This document shows, piece after piece, positions 39,425 to 50,049 of a stretch of DNA of 64,000 nucleotides. Origin of the DNA: Candidatus Cloacimonadales bacterium (GTDB lineage Bacteria > Cloacimonadota > Cloacimonadia > Cloacimonadales > JAFGVF01); NCBI GenBank assembly GCA_963663475.2, contig CAXXJV010000001.1:1440001-1504000 (forward strand). Reading direction: 5' to 3'. Numbering within the stretch: position 1 is the first letter of the stretch; every line of letters starts with the position of its first letter. The position numbers and the translations under genes are program-made. The notes under the pieces are model-generated. The model did not search any database, was not told the origin of the DNA, and saw only the letters and a list, made by a program, of their open reading frames with translations.

Positions 39425-41776
39425 ATGGCGACAAAATCCAAGAAAGATAAAATTATATTAAATGTTATTCCTTTGAGAAAAATGATTCAAGTACCAAAGG
39501 TTGTTGTGCCTATCTTAATAGGTCGTAAGCAGACTTTAGAAGCAGCTAATGATGCTATAGCAAACAACCAACCAATCCTTTGTATTCCTCAAAAGAATGA
39601 TGAAGAGTTTCAAGAATATCCAACTTCCAGAGATATGTATCGTTATGGTACAATGTCTATGATATCCCAAGAATTTAAATTACCCGATGGTAACTTAAGA
39701 CTTCTCTGTGAAGGAATTGAGATGGTTAAAGTGAAAAGATTTTTTCAAACTGGAAAATATCTCAGAGCAGAAGTTGAAATCATAGAAAAAACCCTTGAGC
39801 TAGAAGACCAAGATGTTATTGAAGCCTACCTTAGAAATCTTAAAACTTCTTTTAAAAACTATGTAAAACTAAATAATAGAATTCCTGATGAGCTGATTCA
39901 AGCTGTTGATATGATTGATGATAAAGATGAAATATTCTATTTTTGCCTGAATTACGTAGATTTAAATACAAGGACTAAACAAGCAGTTTTTCAACATTTA
40001 GACTTCTTAAAAGGACTGAAGAGTCTTATTCTTTATATTAACAAAGAAGCTGAGATTATTAGACTTGAAAAAGGTATTGAAAATGAGGTAAGGGCTTCAT
40101 TAAGTAAAATCCAAAAAGAGTATTTTCTTAATGAACAACTCAAACAGATTCATAAAGAGCTTGGTATTGGTGAGGATAGTGATTCTGATTTAGTAAGCTT
40201 AAAGAAGAGAATCGCTGAAACAGCTCTTACAAAAGAAGCTAGAGAAAAAGTGGAAGAAGAGTTTAAAAAACTAAGTAGAATTAATCCACAATCTCAAGAA
40301 CATACTGTTTTATTAAACTATATCACCTGGGTTTTAGATCTTCCCTGGGAAGAAAATACAAGCGTGGCTACTGATATTGAAAAATCAGAAAAGATTCTAA
40401 ATCAAGATCATTATGGACTCAAAGATGTGAAAGAGAGAATCTTAGAATATATTTCTGTAATGCAGATTAGTCAGGGTGTCAAAGGCCAAATTATCTGTTT
40501 TGCAGGCCCTCCAGGTGTAGGTAAAACATCACTTGGAAAATCAATTGCAGCCTCACTAGGTAGAGATTTTGTTAGAATATCTCTGGGTGGTGTCCGAGAT
40601 GAAGCAGAAATACGTGGTCATCGAAGAACCTATGTGGGTGCAATCCCAGGAATAATCATGAACTCTATGAAGAAAGCTAAATCAACTAACCCTCTTATTA
40701 TGATGGATGAAATTGATAAGCTTAGCTCAGATTTTAGAGGAGATCCAGCTTCTGCCTTATTAGAAGTTCTTGATCCTGAACAGAATTCTCATTTCAGAGA
40801 CCATTATATTGATATTGAATATGATCTCTCAAAAGTTGTCTTTATAACTACTGCTAATGATATTCATACCATTCCAAGACCCCTCTTAGATAGGATGGAA
40901 CTTATTGAACTTCCTGGTTATACAGAATATGAAAAGGTTAATATTGCTAAGAATCACCTTATTCCTAGACAGATGGAAGAACACTCTCTAACAAAACTAA
41001 TTAAAGTTAAATTTACTGATGAAATTATTCACTATATAATTAAATATTATACTCGTGAATCAGGGGTGAGAAACTTAGAAAGAACTATTGCTAAGGTTCT
41101 GAGAAAGATAATTAAAGACCACCTTAAAGGGAAAATTAAAAAAAGTATTACTCTTAATACAAAACATATACATGATTATCTAGGTGTTGAAAAATACTCT
41201 CATTCTGAAACAAATAAAGAGAGTCGGGTTGGGGTTGTTAATGGCTTAGCATGGACTGCTGTTGGTGGTGAGACAATGACTATTGAAGTTGTTAAATTAC
41301 CTGGTGAGGGTAAGATTAGTTTGACTGGTCAGCTGGGGGATGTGATGAAAGAATCTGCCCAGGCAGCTATCTCTTTCGCTAGACTTCATGCCCAAGAATA
41401 TGGAATTCCGCAAGACTTCTATAAAAACTATGATATCCATCTCCATATCCCGGAAGGCGCTGTCCCTAAAGATGGTCCTTCTGCTGGCGTTACTATGGCA
41501 ACCGCTATTATCTCTATTTTGAGTGATATGCCAGTTAGACATGATATTGCAATGACAGGAGAAATTACCCTCTCAGGTGCTGTATTAGCTATCGGTGGCC
41601 TTCCTGAAAAGCTTATCGCTGCCAAAAGAGAAGGAATCTTTGATATTCTGATTCCTCAAAAAAACGCCAAAGATTTAGAAGAGATTTCTGATGAGATTAA
41701 AAGTGGTTTGAACATTAAAAGTGTTTCAACTATTTCTGAAGTTTTAGATTTTGCCCTTATTAAAGATAAAAAATAA
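39425..41776 (+). CDS. lon: Lon protease (second paralogue)
   Basis: GPPGVGKTS, RGHRRTYVGA, MDEIDK, PKDGPSAG; AAGGAG RBS 7 nt before ATG 39425. Confidence 0.95.
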   Translation: MATKSKKDKIILNVIPLRKMIQVPKVVVPILIGRKQTLEAANDAIANNQPILCIPQKNDEEFQEYPTSRDMYRYGTMSMISQEFKLPDGNLRLLCEGIEMVKVKRFFQTGKYLRAEVEIIEKTLELEDQDVIEAYLRNLKTSFKNYVKLNNRIPDELIQAVDMIDDKDEIFYFCLNYVDLNTRTKQAVFQHLDFLKGLKSLILYINKEAEIIRLEKGIENEVRASLSKIQKEYFLNEQLKQIHKELGIGEDSDSDLVSLKKRIAETALTKEAREKVEEEFKKLSRINPQSQEHTVLLNYITWVLDLPWEENTSVATDIEKSEKILNQDHYGLKDVKERILEYISVMQISQGVKGQIICFAGPPGVGKTSLGKSIAASLGRDFVRISLGGVRDEAEIRGHRRTYVGAIPGIIMNSMKKAKSTNPLIMMDEIDKLSSDFRGDPASALLEVLDPEQNSHFRDHYIDIEYDLSKVVFITTANDIHTIPRPLLDRMELIELPGYTEYEKVNIAKNHLIPRQMEEHSLTKLIKVKFTDEIIHYIIKYYTRESGVRNLERTIAKVLRKIIKDHLKGKIKKSITLNTKHIHDYLGVEKYSHSETNKESRVGVVNGLAWTAVGGETMTIEVVKLPGEGKISLTGQLGDVMKESAQAAISFARLHAQEYGIPQDFYKNYDIHLHIPEGAVPKDGPSAGVTMATAIISILSDMPVRHDIAMTGEITLSGAVLAIGGLPEKLIAAKREGIFDILIPQKNAKDLEEISDEIKSGLNIKSVSTISEVLDFALIKDKK

Positions 41777-41777
41777 A

Positions 41778-42005
41778 ATGAAGTTTAAAATAATTGAAAG
41801 AAATATCCTAGTAGATGAAACTGTTGAACTGATAATTCAGATCGATTCTAAAGACCAAATTATCTTCTGTTTCATCCTAGAAGCCTGGGAGGGGGTCTTT
41901 AATTATACTACTATTGATAAGAAAAATTCACTTATCAACGTTAGAATTGCTGGAGATTTTACTAAAGAAGCTGATGAATTAATAAATTATTTGCAAAATT
42001 ATTAG
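41778..42005 (+). CDS. Small hypothetical protein (DUF4911-like)
   Basis: FILEAWEGV...TTID motif; directly follows lon. Confidence 0.55.
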   Translation: MKFKIIERNILVDETVELIIQIDSKDQIIFCFILEAWEGVFNYTTIDKKNSLINVRIAGDFTKEADELINYLQNY

Positions 42006-42126
42006 TTTGCTATCTTTCGTATTTATAGTGAGATATAAATCTCTATGAAAAATAATATAAGAAATATTAAAAAAGTGTCTTGACAGATTATAGGCATTTT
42101 ACAAATATGATTTCACATATTCGAAA

Positions 42127-42208
<82 letters not shown>

Positions 42209-42227
42209 CTTATGTAGCGATTATGAT

Positions 42228-42303
42228 GGGCGTATAGCTCAGTTGGGAGAGCTCTTGCCTTACAAGCAAGCGGTCGGGGGTTCAAGTCCCTCTGCGCCCA
42301 CCA
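42228..42303 (+). tRNA. tRNA-Val(TAC)
   Basis: Anticodon arm cttgc-ctTACaa-gcaag, GGTTCAAGTCC, CCA end. Confidence 0.95.
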
Positions 42304-42340
42304 TCATTTTCAAACCGATTAATAAAATTTCTTATACATC

Positions 42341-42416
42341 GGGCGTATAGCTCAGTTGGGAGAGCTCTTGCCTTACAAGCAAGCGGTCGGGGGTTCAAGT
42401 CCCTCTGCGCCCACCA
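42341..42416 (+). tRNA. tRNA-Val(TAC), identical copy
   Basis: Identical to 42228-42303. Confidence 0.95.
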
Positions 42417-42489
42417 TCATCTTACCCAAGCCAACCTTGTTGGCTTTCTTTTTAAGTACTTATTGCCATTAAGTACTTCATTTTTAGGA

Positions 42490-42568
<79 letters not shown>

Positions 42569-42833
42569 AAAATACCACTTATAACAATAAAAACTAAGCT
42601 TTTTTTTATCATTCTAAAAGTGACAGCAAGGTTGCCACTTTGCAAAAGCGTTTTTATCTCTCTATATTAAGGGTTATGGGATTCCAACCCGCTGTTACTC
42701 AGGTCAAAAAATAGACTTGAACTTAGCTGATACTCTCCATCTTAAGTTTGAATGCTAATCACAAATGTCTATTGCACTATCTGGGTTAAATGTATGATGA
42801 AATCAAGAAATTCTCATTATGTTTGCTTCATTT

Positions 42834-43050
42834 CAGGCTGTTGACAAACCCCTAAACATAAAATATGATAAAAAAACTTATTCTATATGCAAAAAAACAA
42901 GTGATTTGTAAAGTCGCTATATCTTTATCCAAACTCTTCACTGCAATGTATTTAAATACTATTTTGTTCGAGTTTGAGTAAATCAATTAGCGATCTCTTT
43001 TTGGAAAAAGAGACCAAAAACTCCAAGAAGCTGACTTTGTCAACACTCTG
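42834..43050. mobile_element. 217-bp MITE (family B) with 5-bp CATTT target duplication
   Basis: TIRs caggctgttgacaaa / tttgtcaacactctg (13/15 match); CATTT at 42829-42833 and 43051-43055. Confidence 0.8.
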
Positions 43051-43337
43051 CATTTAGATATTTCTAACATTTCTTACAAATAATAAATTGACGATTTGAC
43101 CAAGGAAATTATTTAAGTACTAAGTTTTGGAACTTCATACCAAAGTATGTAAAATGAGGATTCAAAACTCTCATGATGGATGAAGATTTAAAAACAGTTT
43201 CTCCTGTATGAGATGATTTACTTCCAGCCAAAGTATGCAATTAGGAAGTAATACACAAGTACTATGAGATTATTGTTGCATTTATTTATTTATAAAGGTC
43301 TGAAATCCTGAGTGAGTAAATTAATGGAGGAACTGAA

Positions 43338-44540
43338 ATGTTCTCAGATGGCTCAACCGGATTTATGCTGGTTGCAACAAGTTTAGTTATGCTTATGACC
43401 CCTGGATTAGCCTTTTTTTATGGTGGTCTAGCTTCTAAACGAAATATTCTTGGTATAATGATTCAAAGTTTTGTATCATTAGGTGTAACAACAATTCTCT
43501 GGTATGCTTTCGGGTATTCCCTTTGTTTTAGTGGCTCAGGTCCCATTATTGGAAATTTCGATAAGAGTTTCCTCTTAGGAATTAATCTTCTAACTCCCTT
43601 TGGAGATGGTGCAATTCCTGAATTTGTTTTCTTTTCCTATCAAATGATGTTTGCTATTATTACCCCAGCCCTAATTACTGGTGCCTTTACTGGTAGGGTT
43701 TCCTTTAAAGCTTATCTTCTATTTTTGGTAGTTTGGCAAATTTTTGTTTATTACCCATTTGTCCATATGATTTGGGGTGGAGGAATCCTTGCTGAGTGGG
43801 GAGTTAGAGATTTCGCAGGAGGTATTGTAGTTCATGTTACAGCTGGTTTTGCAGCTCTTGCTTCTGTTATTTTTGTTGGTGAAAGGAAAAACAGAAACTC
43901 TAAACCTAACAGTATTCCCTTAGTTGCTATCGGAACAGGTCTTCTTTGGTTCGGCTGGTATGGTTTCAATGCTGGAAGTGAACTTAGGGTTGACCATATT
44001 ACAGCTCAAGCCTTTGTAAATACTGATATTGCTGCATCTTTTGCTACAATTACCTGGTTAATTATTGAGTGGACTCTTAAAAAGAAACCAAAATTTGTAG
44101 GACTTATGACAGGGGCTGTTGCTGGACTAGCAACAATAACTCCTGCTGCTGGTTTTGTGCCAGCTTGGGCTGCTGCAATAATTGGTATCTTAGCTGGTAT
44201 TGGTTGTTATATGGCAGTAGCATTAAAGAATAAACTCAAATGGGATGATGCTCTAGATGTTTGGGGTGTTCATGGTATGGGTGGATTTATTGGAACTGTA
44301 TTTCTTGGAGTTTTTGCAAGTTCAAGTCTTAATCCAGCTGGAGCTGATGGCTTATTAAAGGGGAACTCTACTTTCTTCTTCAAACAATTAATTACTGCAA
44401 GTGGAGCTGCTATTTATGCTTTCTTTTTTACTTATGCAATGCTGTGGATTATCAATAAGATAACAATTGTCAGAGTTTGCGAGGAACATGAAGGTCAAGG
44501 ATTAGATAGATCTCTCCACGATGAAGATGCATACGCATAG
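43338..44540 (+). CDS. amt: Ammonium transporter
   Basis: MTPGLAFFYGG, QMMFAIITPAL, DFAGGIVVH, LWFGWYGFN, DDALDVWGVHG. Confidence 0.95.
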   Translation: MFSDGSTGFMLVATSLVMLMTPGLAFFYGGLASKRNILGIMIQSFVSLGVTTILWYAFGYSLCFSGSGPIIGNFDKSFLLGINLLTPFGDGAIPEFVFFSYQMMFAIITPALITGAFTGRVSFKAYLLFLVVWQIFVYYPFVHMIWGGGILAEWGVRDFAGGIVVHVTAGFAALASVIFVGERKNRNSKPNSIPLVAIGTGLLWFGWYGFNAGSELRVDHITAQAFVNTDIAASFATITWLIIEWTLKKKPKFVGLMTGAVAGLATITPAAGFVPAWAAAIIGILAGIGCYMAVALKNKLKWDDALDVWGVHGMGGFIGTVFLGVFASSSLNPAGADGLLKGNSTFFFKQLITASGAAIYAFFFTYAMLWIINKITIVRVCEEHEGQGLDRSLHDEDAYA

Positions 44541-44571
44541 TAAATAGAATTTAACTTTTACAAAAAAAAAT

Positions 44572-44606
44572 AACAAGAGACTGGCATACCAGTCTCTTGT
44601 TTGTTT
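44572..44606 (+). terminator. Intrinsic terminator after amt
   Basis: aacaagagactgg-cata-ccagtctcttgtt. Confidence 0.75.
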
Positions 44607-44613
44607 CTAGTTG

Positions 44614-44808
44614 AACCTAAATAGTGCAGTAGCCCTTTGTGAATAGTAGAATATTCTTTTGCAAAAGCAAGATCCATAATTTCTCCGAATATATAAATTA
44701 TATTAGTCAAAATTCTGTAAGCTATTTTGCTATAATAATCAGCACTCTTCACCTGTGATACGTAGCTTTAGCGAAGTATTACTAAAGCTCTACAACATCA
44801 TCTAGGAT
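44614..44808 (+). mobile_element. MITE-like family A copy with ~30-bp insert
   Basis: Matches the 5000 and 9181 copies; right end overlaps the stop codon of the 44802-45377 ORF. Confidence 0.8.
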
Positions 44809-45377
44809 AAAAATCTCTTTTTCACTTTATCCAAAAACTTAATCCTTCCCCTTTCTTTTCCTTTAGTGATGAAATCCTTATTCATCCACTTAATATTTTT
44901 CATTCCCACACTTTTTAGAGTTGCTTTGAAAGTTCTAGAAATTGGTCTACCAAAGCCAAACCTTAATAAGAATGTTGGCATTTCTGAAGTAGTTATGATT
45001 GTTGTTGATCTAATATTTGTTAATTTACCTATGAGGCCTAACTTACCATATTCATAGGCGTAACTTTTGAGCATAACTTTATCTATAAAGCCTTTTAAGA
45101 TTGCAGGCATACCGAACCACCAGATGGGGAAGATAAAGACTATTTGGTCAGACTCTTTTAATAGAACTTGGTATTTCTCTATTAACTTATCACTTGTTTT
45201 ACCCTTTGAAAACAAGGCTAAGTCATTTTCTTGCATAACTGGATTAAATCCATCTTTATTTAGATCAATAACTTCATAATCTTTCTTTCTAACTTTTAAT
45301 GAATCTTTAACAACATCTAATACTGCTTTATTAAAGCTTCCATGCCAAGGATGAGCAAATACTATACATGTTTTCAT
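44802..45377 (-). CDS. NAD(P)H-dependent oxidoreductase (flavodoxin-like, quinone family)
   Basis: AHPWHGSFN, FPIWWFGMPAILKGFIDKV. Confidence 0.85.
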   Translation of the reverse strand: MKTCIVFAHPWHGSFNKAVLDVVKDSLKVRKKDYEVIDLNKDGFNPVMQENDLALFSKGKTSDKLIEKYQVLLKESDQIVFIFPIWWFGMPAILKGFIDKVMLKSYAYEYGKLGLIGKLTNIRSTTIITTSEMPTFLLRFGFGRPISRTFKATLKSVGMKNIKWMNKDFITKGKERGRIKFLDKVKKRFLS

Positions 45378-45516
45378 AGTTTCTCCTTTGAAAATATAAT
45401 AATATGTTTTATCAACCTAGCTAATATTATTTGTGCAAAAAAGCATTCTCTGGGAAAAATTAATTATGGATAGTCATTTCTTAAAATCCAATAAGCCCTA
45501 AATGGTACAAAGACTG

Positions 45517-46176
45517 CTAATAAATACCTACATCTTCTCTTACACCAAAAGATTTTCTAGCTTGATATAGTTTTTCAACTTCTTCTTGATCCATAGTTTG
45601 ATAGGAGTCAAGTTGCTTTAAGTTGAAGAATATTTTAGAAAAATGTTCCACTGTTTCCATTCGGTAATAGGCTGTTTCCACATCACTTCCCAGAGTAAGA
45701 ACCCCATGTTTCTCTAATAAAAAAGCCTCATGATTATGGACATATTTCTTGATGTTATTAGGAAGTTTGTCAGTCCCAGGTGTGCCATACTCAACTAAGG
45801 GAATTTTACCGATAGAGACTATGACTTCAACTAAGATAGGTTGGTCAAGAGGAATTCCTGCTACTGCTAATGATGTAGCATACACAGGATGAGCATGAAA
45901 AATACCCTTTACATCAGGTCTTTCTTGATATACCATGATGTGCATTCTTATTTCAGAAGAAGCTCTTCCCTTACCTTCAATAATATTTCCTTGCATATCA
46001 CAGAGGAGAATATCATCATAGGTTAAATAGCCTTTGGATTTACCTGAAGCAGTGATTAAAAACTTATCCTTACTAATTCTTATACTAATATTTCCATCGT
46101 TAGAAGCAACAAAACTTCTATTATATGCCCGTTTACCTAATTCAATTATTCTATCTTTTTCTTCTTTGTAATTCAT
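45517..46176 (-). CDS. Class II aldolase/adducin family protein
   Basis: DGNISIR, SSEIRMH, HAHP, HG; GGAGGA RBS before ATG 46176. Confidence 0.85.
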   Translation of the reverse strand: MNYKEEKDRIIELGKRAYNRSFVASNDGNISIRISKDKFLITASGKSKGYLTYDDILLCDMQGNIIEGKGRASSEIRMHIMVYQERPDVKGIFHAHPVYATSLAVAGIPLDQPILVEVIVSIGKIPLVEYGTPGTDKLPNNIKKYVHNHEAFLLEKHGVLTLGSDVETAYYRMETVEHFSKIFFNLKQLDSYQTMDQEEVEKLYQARKSFGVREDVGIY

Positions 46177-46332
46177 TAAATCCTCCAAATAATGATAATG
46201 CTAGTGGTGTTTTTTTTGTCAACATAGGATGAATAAAATTTCAAGATTTTCTGGAATTGAAAGCATCATTGCTCTCAGAAGCTAAACTCAGAGATGCTTA
46301 GTATGGGATCAATTAATAACAAATTTAACGTA

Positions 46333-46383
46333 TTCATCGATAAAAAATTCTTAAACGTCGAATAGTATAAGCAATACATCTAC
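46333..46383 (+). promoter_or_regulatory. Putative LytTR-type direct-repeat binding sites
   Basis: catcga (46335), cgtcga (46356), catcta (46377) at an exact 21-bp period upstream of tolC. Confidence 0.5.
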
Positions 46384-46447
46384 TAAAGTTGAAATCAAAA
46401 CATACTTCAATTATATTGTTTTAGAAATAGAAAAGAAGGAAAAAGTT

Positions 46448-47782
46448 ATGAAAAGTTATCTAAAGGGAAGTTTACTCATTTTGCTGATGTTATTAATTAG
46501 GTATCCAGTATTAGAAGCTCAAACAACAGAATATTCTCTTGAACAGTGCATTGCCTATGCCTGGGAAAACAATACAGATATTTCCCGAGCCAATAATTCA
46601 AGAGATAGTAAAGAATCTATTCTAGAACAATCAAAAGCTGCTTTGTTACCAAACCTATCTTTAGGTTTAAGTCAAGATTTCAGTTCTTCAAAAAATTATT
46701 CAACAAGTGAAGAAACATGGAATAGTGAGAAGCATTCTGGCACAAGTTTATCTCTAAGTTCAAGTGTAACCTTGTTTAATGGGGCAAAACTTATAAACAC
46801 AATCCGTCAAAACAAAAGTGATTTATCAGCTACAGAGTATGAAATCCAAACTAGGAAGGAGTTGCTAAGTTTGGAAGTCCTTACAGCTTACATCAATGTG
46901 CTATTAGCTAACGAACAATATTTGAATAGGGAAACACAACTATATTCTACAGAAGAGCAATTAGCATTAGCAGAGGCACGAAAGTTAGCAGGAGTATTAT
47001 CAAATTCAGATTATATGAACATAAAATCTGAATATGCCTCTGATAAAGCTGCTTTGGTTTCTGCACAAAGTGCAAAACGAATTAGTCTTGTCTCTTTGAT
47101 GCAGATATTGAATATGCCAATTGAGGATTCTCTATCTATTGTAGAACCTGATTTAGAGACACTTATAGATGAAAATCAAATTACTAATGCTGATAAAATT
47201 TATAAAATTGCTTTAGAGATTCTTCCTGAAGTTAAAACATCAGACTTGAATCTTGAAAGTGCTGAGCTAGGCATCAAAATAGCCAAAGCAGATGCATTAC
47301 CAACGGTTTCACTCAGAGGAGCTTTAGCTACTAACTATTCTGATGCTTTGTCAGAAATTAATTTTGGTCAACAGTTCTCAAATAAGATAAGTCAATCTGT
47401 TAGTCTAGCAGTCTCTCTCCCAATTTTCCAGAACAAGAAAGTAAAAAATCAAGTTACTCAAGCTACTCTACAGGTAAAAGAATCTCAGTTATCTTTAATT
47501 GATACAAAAAATAACCTACGTAAAAGTATAGAACAAACTTGTACAGATTCTGAAATAGCTAAAATGTCCTATCAAGCAGCCCAAGAACAATATTGGGCAG
47601 CCCAAGAAGCTTACCGTCTTGCTGGAGAAATGTTCTCTCAAGGCCTTATTAATTCTGTTGATTTTCAATTTTCCAAAAACACTTACATAAATGCAAAAAA
47701 TGACTTAACCCAAAGCAAATACAATGTCCTCCTTCAGAATAAAATTATCAATTATTTCTGTGGACTTTCAATTCTATTTTAA
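46448..47782 (+). CDS. TolC-family outer-membrane efflux protein
   Basis: Signal peptide, SLEQCIAYAWENN, two OEP repeats, SLPIF. Confidence 0.88.
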   Translation: MKSYLKGSLLILLMLLIRYPVLEAQTTEYSLEQCIAYAWENNTDISRANNSRDSKESILEQSKAALLPNLSLGLSQDFSSSKNYSTSEETWNSEKHSGTSLSLSSSVTLFNGAKLINTIRQNKSDLSATEYEIQTRKELLSLEVLTAYINVLLANEQYLNRETQLYSTEEQLALAEARKLAGVLSNSDYMNIKSEYASDKAALVSAQSAKRISLVSLMQILNMPIEDSLSIVEPDLETLIDENQITNADKIYKIALEILPEVKTSDLNLESAELGIKIAKADALPTVSLRGALATNYSDALSEINFGQQFSNKISQSVSLAVSLPIFQNKKVKNQVTQATLQVKESQLSLIDTKNNLRKSIEQTCTDSEIAKMSYQAAQEQYWAAQEAYRLAGEMFSQGLINSVDFQFSKNTYINAKNDLTQSKYNVLLQNKIINYFCGLSILF

Positions 47783-47794
47783 AAAGGAAAAATC

Positions 47795-49090
47795 ATGAAA
47801 AAGTCAAAAAATGTCAAAACAATTATTATCATACTAGTTCTTCCCCTTATTATTGCTAGTTTAATAGTCTATTATATCATTGATAAAAAGGGTGGAGAAT
47901 ACGTTTTTGAAACAACTAAAGTAACTAAAGCTAACATCAGCAATACTATAACAGCTACTGGAACTCTAGGTGCTACAAATACTGTTGTAGTAGGGACTCA
48001 AGTTTCAGGAGTTATAAAGAAACTCTATGTTGATTTCAATTCGGTAGTTGAAAAAGGAGACTTGATAGCTGAACTAGATAAGTCAACTTTGCAGTATAGT
48101 TTAGAGAATGCTGAAGCTGAAGTTTCAAATGCCCAAGCTGAATTTGATTATCAACAATCTAGTTTTCAAAGGATGCAGGAATTGTATGCTCAAAATCTTC
48201 TCTCGGAAAGTGATTATGATTTAGCAACATTTAACTACAAGAAGAGTCAAGCTTCCCTTAAATCTTCAAAAGCAAATTTGAAGAGAGCTGAACAGAATTT
48301 AGCTTATGCCACAATCTATTCACCAATTAGTGGTATCGTACAAAATTGTGCAGTGGAAGAAGGACAGACTGTTACTTCTAGTATGAGCACACCTGAGTTA
48401 TTTACTATTGTTAATGACCTTACTACAATGCAAGTTGAAGCTAATATTGATGAAGCTGATATCGGACAGGTAAAAAAGGGACAAAGAGTTGAGTTTACAG
48501 TTGATGCGTTTCCAGATCGAACCTTCGAGGGTGAAATATCAGAAGTTCGTCTCCAACCAACTGAAGCATCAAATGTAATAACTTACCCTGTAATCATTAT
48601 GGTGGAAAACCCTGACTTAGAACTAAGGCCAGGATTAACTGCAAGTATAGTAACTTATGTTGAAGAAGCTTCTGATGTTTTAGTGGTATCATCAAAAGCC
48701 AAAAGTTTTACTCCAGACCAAGAAGTTTTACGAATGTATATGGAATCGCTTAGGACAGAAGAAGAAGAAGAAGTGGTAAATGGTAAATCAAGCAATAATT
48801 CTAAAAAGCTAGAAAATCGTCCACAAGCACCTAGGAAGTTAGATGAGTCCCAGGCTATGGTATGGGTCAAAGATGGCAATAAAATCTACCCAACCCTAGT
48901 TGAAACGGGTATTAATGATGGTTCAAAAATTGAAATAATCACAGGTCTTACTGAGAATACAGAAGTTATTACTTCATTTTCCTACACTAATTCAGGGAAT
49001 ATCTCAAAAAACAAAGAAGATGATGAACAGAAAAGCCCATTTGTTCAATCAGGACAAAGAGGTCCTGGTGGTGGCAGACCTAGGCCATAA
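47795..49090 (+). CDS. MacA-like periplasmic adaptor subunit
   Basis: VGTQVSG, IYSPISG, IDEADIG.VK.GQ.V.FTVDAFP. Confidence 0.88.
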   Translation: MKKSKNVKTIIIILVLPLIIASLIVYYIIDKKGGEYVFETTKVTKANISNTITATGTLGATNTVVVGTQVSGVIKKLYVDFNSVVEKGDLIAELDKSTLQYSLENAEAEVSNAQAEFDYQQSSFQRMQELYAQNLLSESDYDLATFNYKKSQASLKSSKANLKRAEQNLAYATIYSPISGIVQNCAVEEGQTVTSSMSTPELFTIVNDLTTMQVEANIDEADIGQVKKGQRVEFTVDAFPDRTFEGEISEVRLQPTEASNVITYPVIIMVENPDLELRPGLTASIVTYVEEASDVLVVSSKAKSFTPDQEVLRMYMESLRTEEEEEVVNGKSSNNSKKLENRPQAPRKLDESQAMVWVKDGNKIYPTLVETGINDGSKIEIITGLTENTEVITSFSYTNSGNISKNKEDDEQKSPFVQSGQRGPGGGRPRP

Positions 49091-49117
49091 ATATAAATAA
49101 GAATTCAAAGGAGAATT

Positions 49118-50020
49118 ATGATGAAAAATATAATAATGGTGCTCATAATAATTAGTATAGCAATTATACCTCAATTACTTACAGGCCAAACTAACAAAGG
49201 GCGTAGGCCAGAAAGACCTGAAAGAACTCAAGAAAAATTAACTGCTTACCAAATCAAAGTGGTAAAGGCTATCCTTTCTAAATATGATAAACAGGCATTA
49301 ACTTCAGAAGATGCAATAGCAATTCAAGATGAAATTCGTAAAGCAGGTTTAGAATTAGGTCCAGAAACTGATAAAGTTATTGATGATGGAGGTTTTGATG
49401 CTAAAAAGCTTAGAGATTTAGCTTCACCTCCCAAAAGGGCTGTAAAAGATGAAGTAAATTTGCAGAATACGAGACTGGATAATTCAAGAAATAATCGAAA
49501 TAGAGCAGAAAATATTCCTATCACTAAAATTTCTCCGACAAACTTGGATGTATTTCGGATTAGTAGTCCTGCTGTAGATAAAAACAATTTGCTTGCTAGT
49601 GAATTTACCAGGGATGGTAAAGGTGTATCAATGCCTTTGGAATGGGAAAATGCACCTAAAGATACTAAGTACTTTGCGTTGAATGTATGGCACCAACCTA
49701 ATCCTTCTAACGAGTCTATTGTAAAATCATATTGGGTTCTTTATGATATTCCTGTAGGCATAAGTTCACTTCCTAAAAATGTACAAAACATTGGTCTTGT
49801 TGGCTACAATGATAAGAATAGCCAAGATTATGATCCGATGAAATCTAAAGGACCTGGACTTAAACTTTATAATATAACACTATATGCGCTATCAGAAAAA
49901 CCAGTATTCACATCAGATAAGGTTCATAGAAAAGAACTACTAGAAGCTATAGAAGATATCACTATAGAAGAATGCACATTGCAGTATCTTTATGAGAGAA
50001 AGCAAAACAAGGCAAGATAA
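49118..50020 (+). CDS. Secreted YbhB/YbcL (PEBP) family protein with N-terminal extension
   Basis: DGKGVSMPLEW..AP..TKYFAL, YWVLYDIP, Y.ITLYALS. Confidence 0.7.
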   Translation: MMKNIIMVLIIISIAIIPQLLTGQTNKGRRPERPERTQEKLTAYQIKVVKAILSKYDKQALTSEDAIAIQDEIRKAGLELGPETDKVIDDGGFDAKKLRDLASPPKRAVKDEVNLQNTRLDNSRNNRNRAENIPITKISPTNLDVFRISSPAVDKNNLLASEFTRDGKGVSMPLEWENAPKDTKYFALNVWHQPNPSNESIVKSYWVLYDIPVGISSLPKNVQNIGLVGYNDKNSQDYDPMKSKGPGLKLYNITLYALSEKPVFTSDKVHRKELLEAIEDITIEECTLQYLYERKQNKAR

Positions 50021-50049
50021 TCTATCTGTAAAGGCTAAAAGAGGAATTA

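Noticed and set aside
43085-43335. Riboswitch or structured leader upstream of amt
   Set aside because: A ttacttcc/ggaagtaa hairpin and a repeated ccaaagtatg are visible, but I cannot match them to a known motif without a covariance-model search
44558-44752. Short ORFs 5217-5399, 13463-13729, 22821-23018, 44558-44752 and 54380-54637
   Set aside because: They are translations of repeat, terminator or palindrome DNA, without RBS or protein motifs
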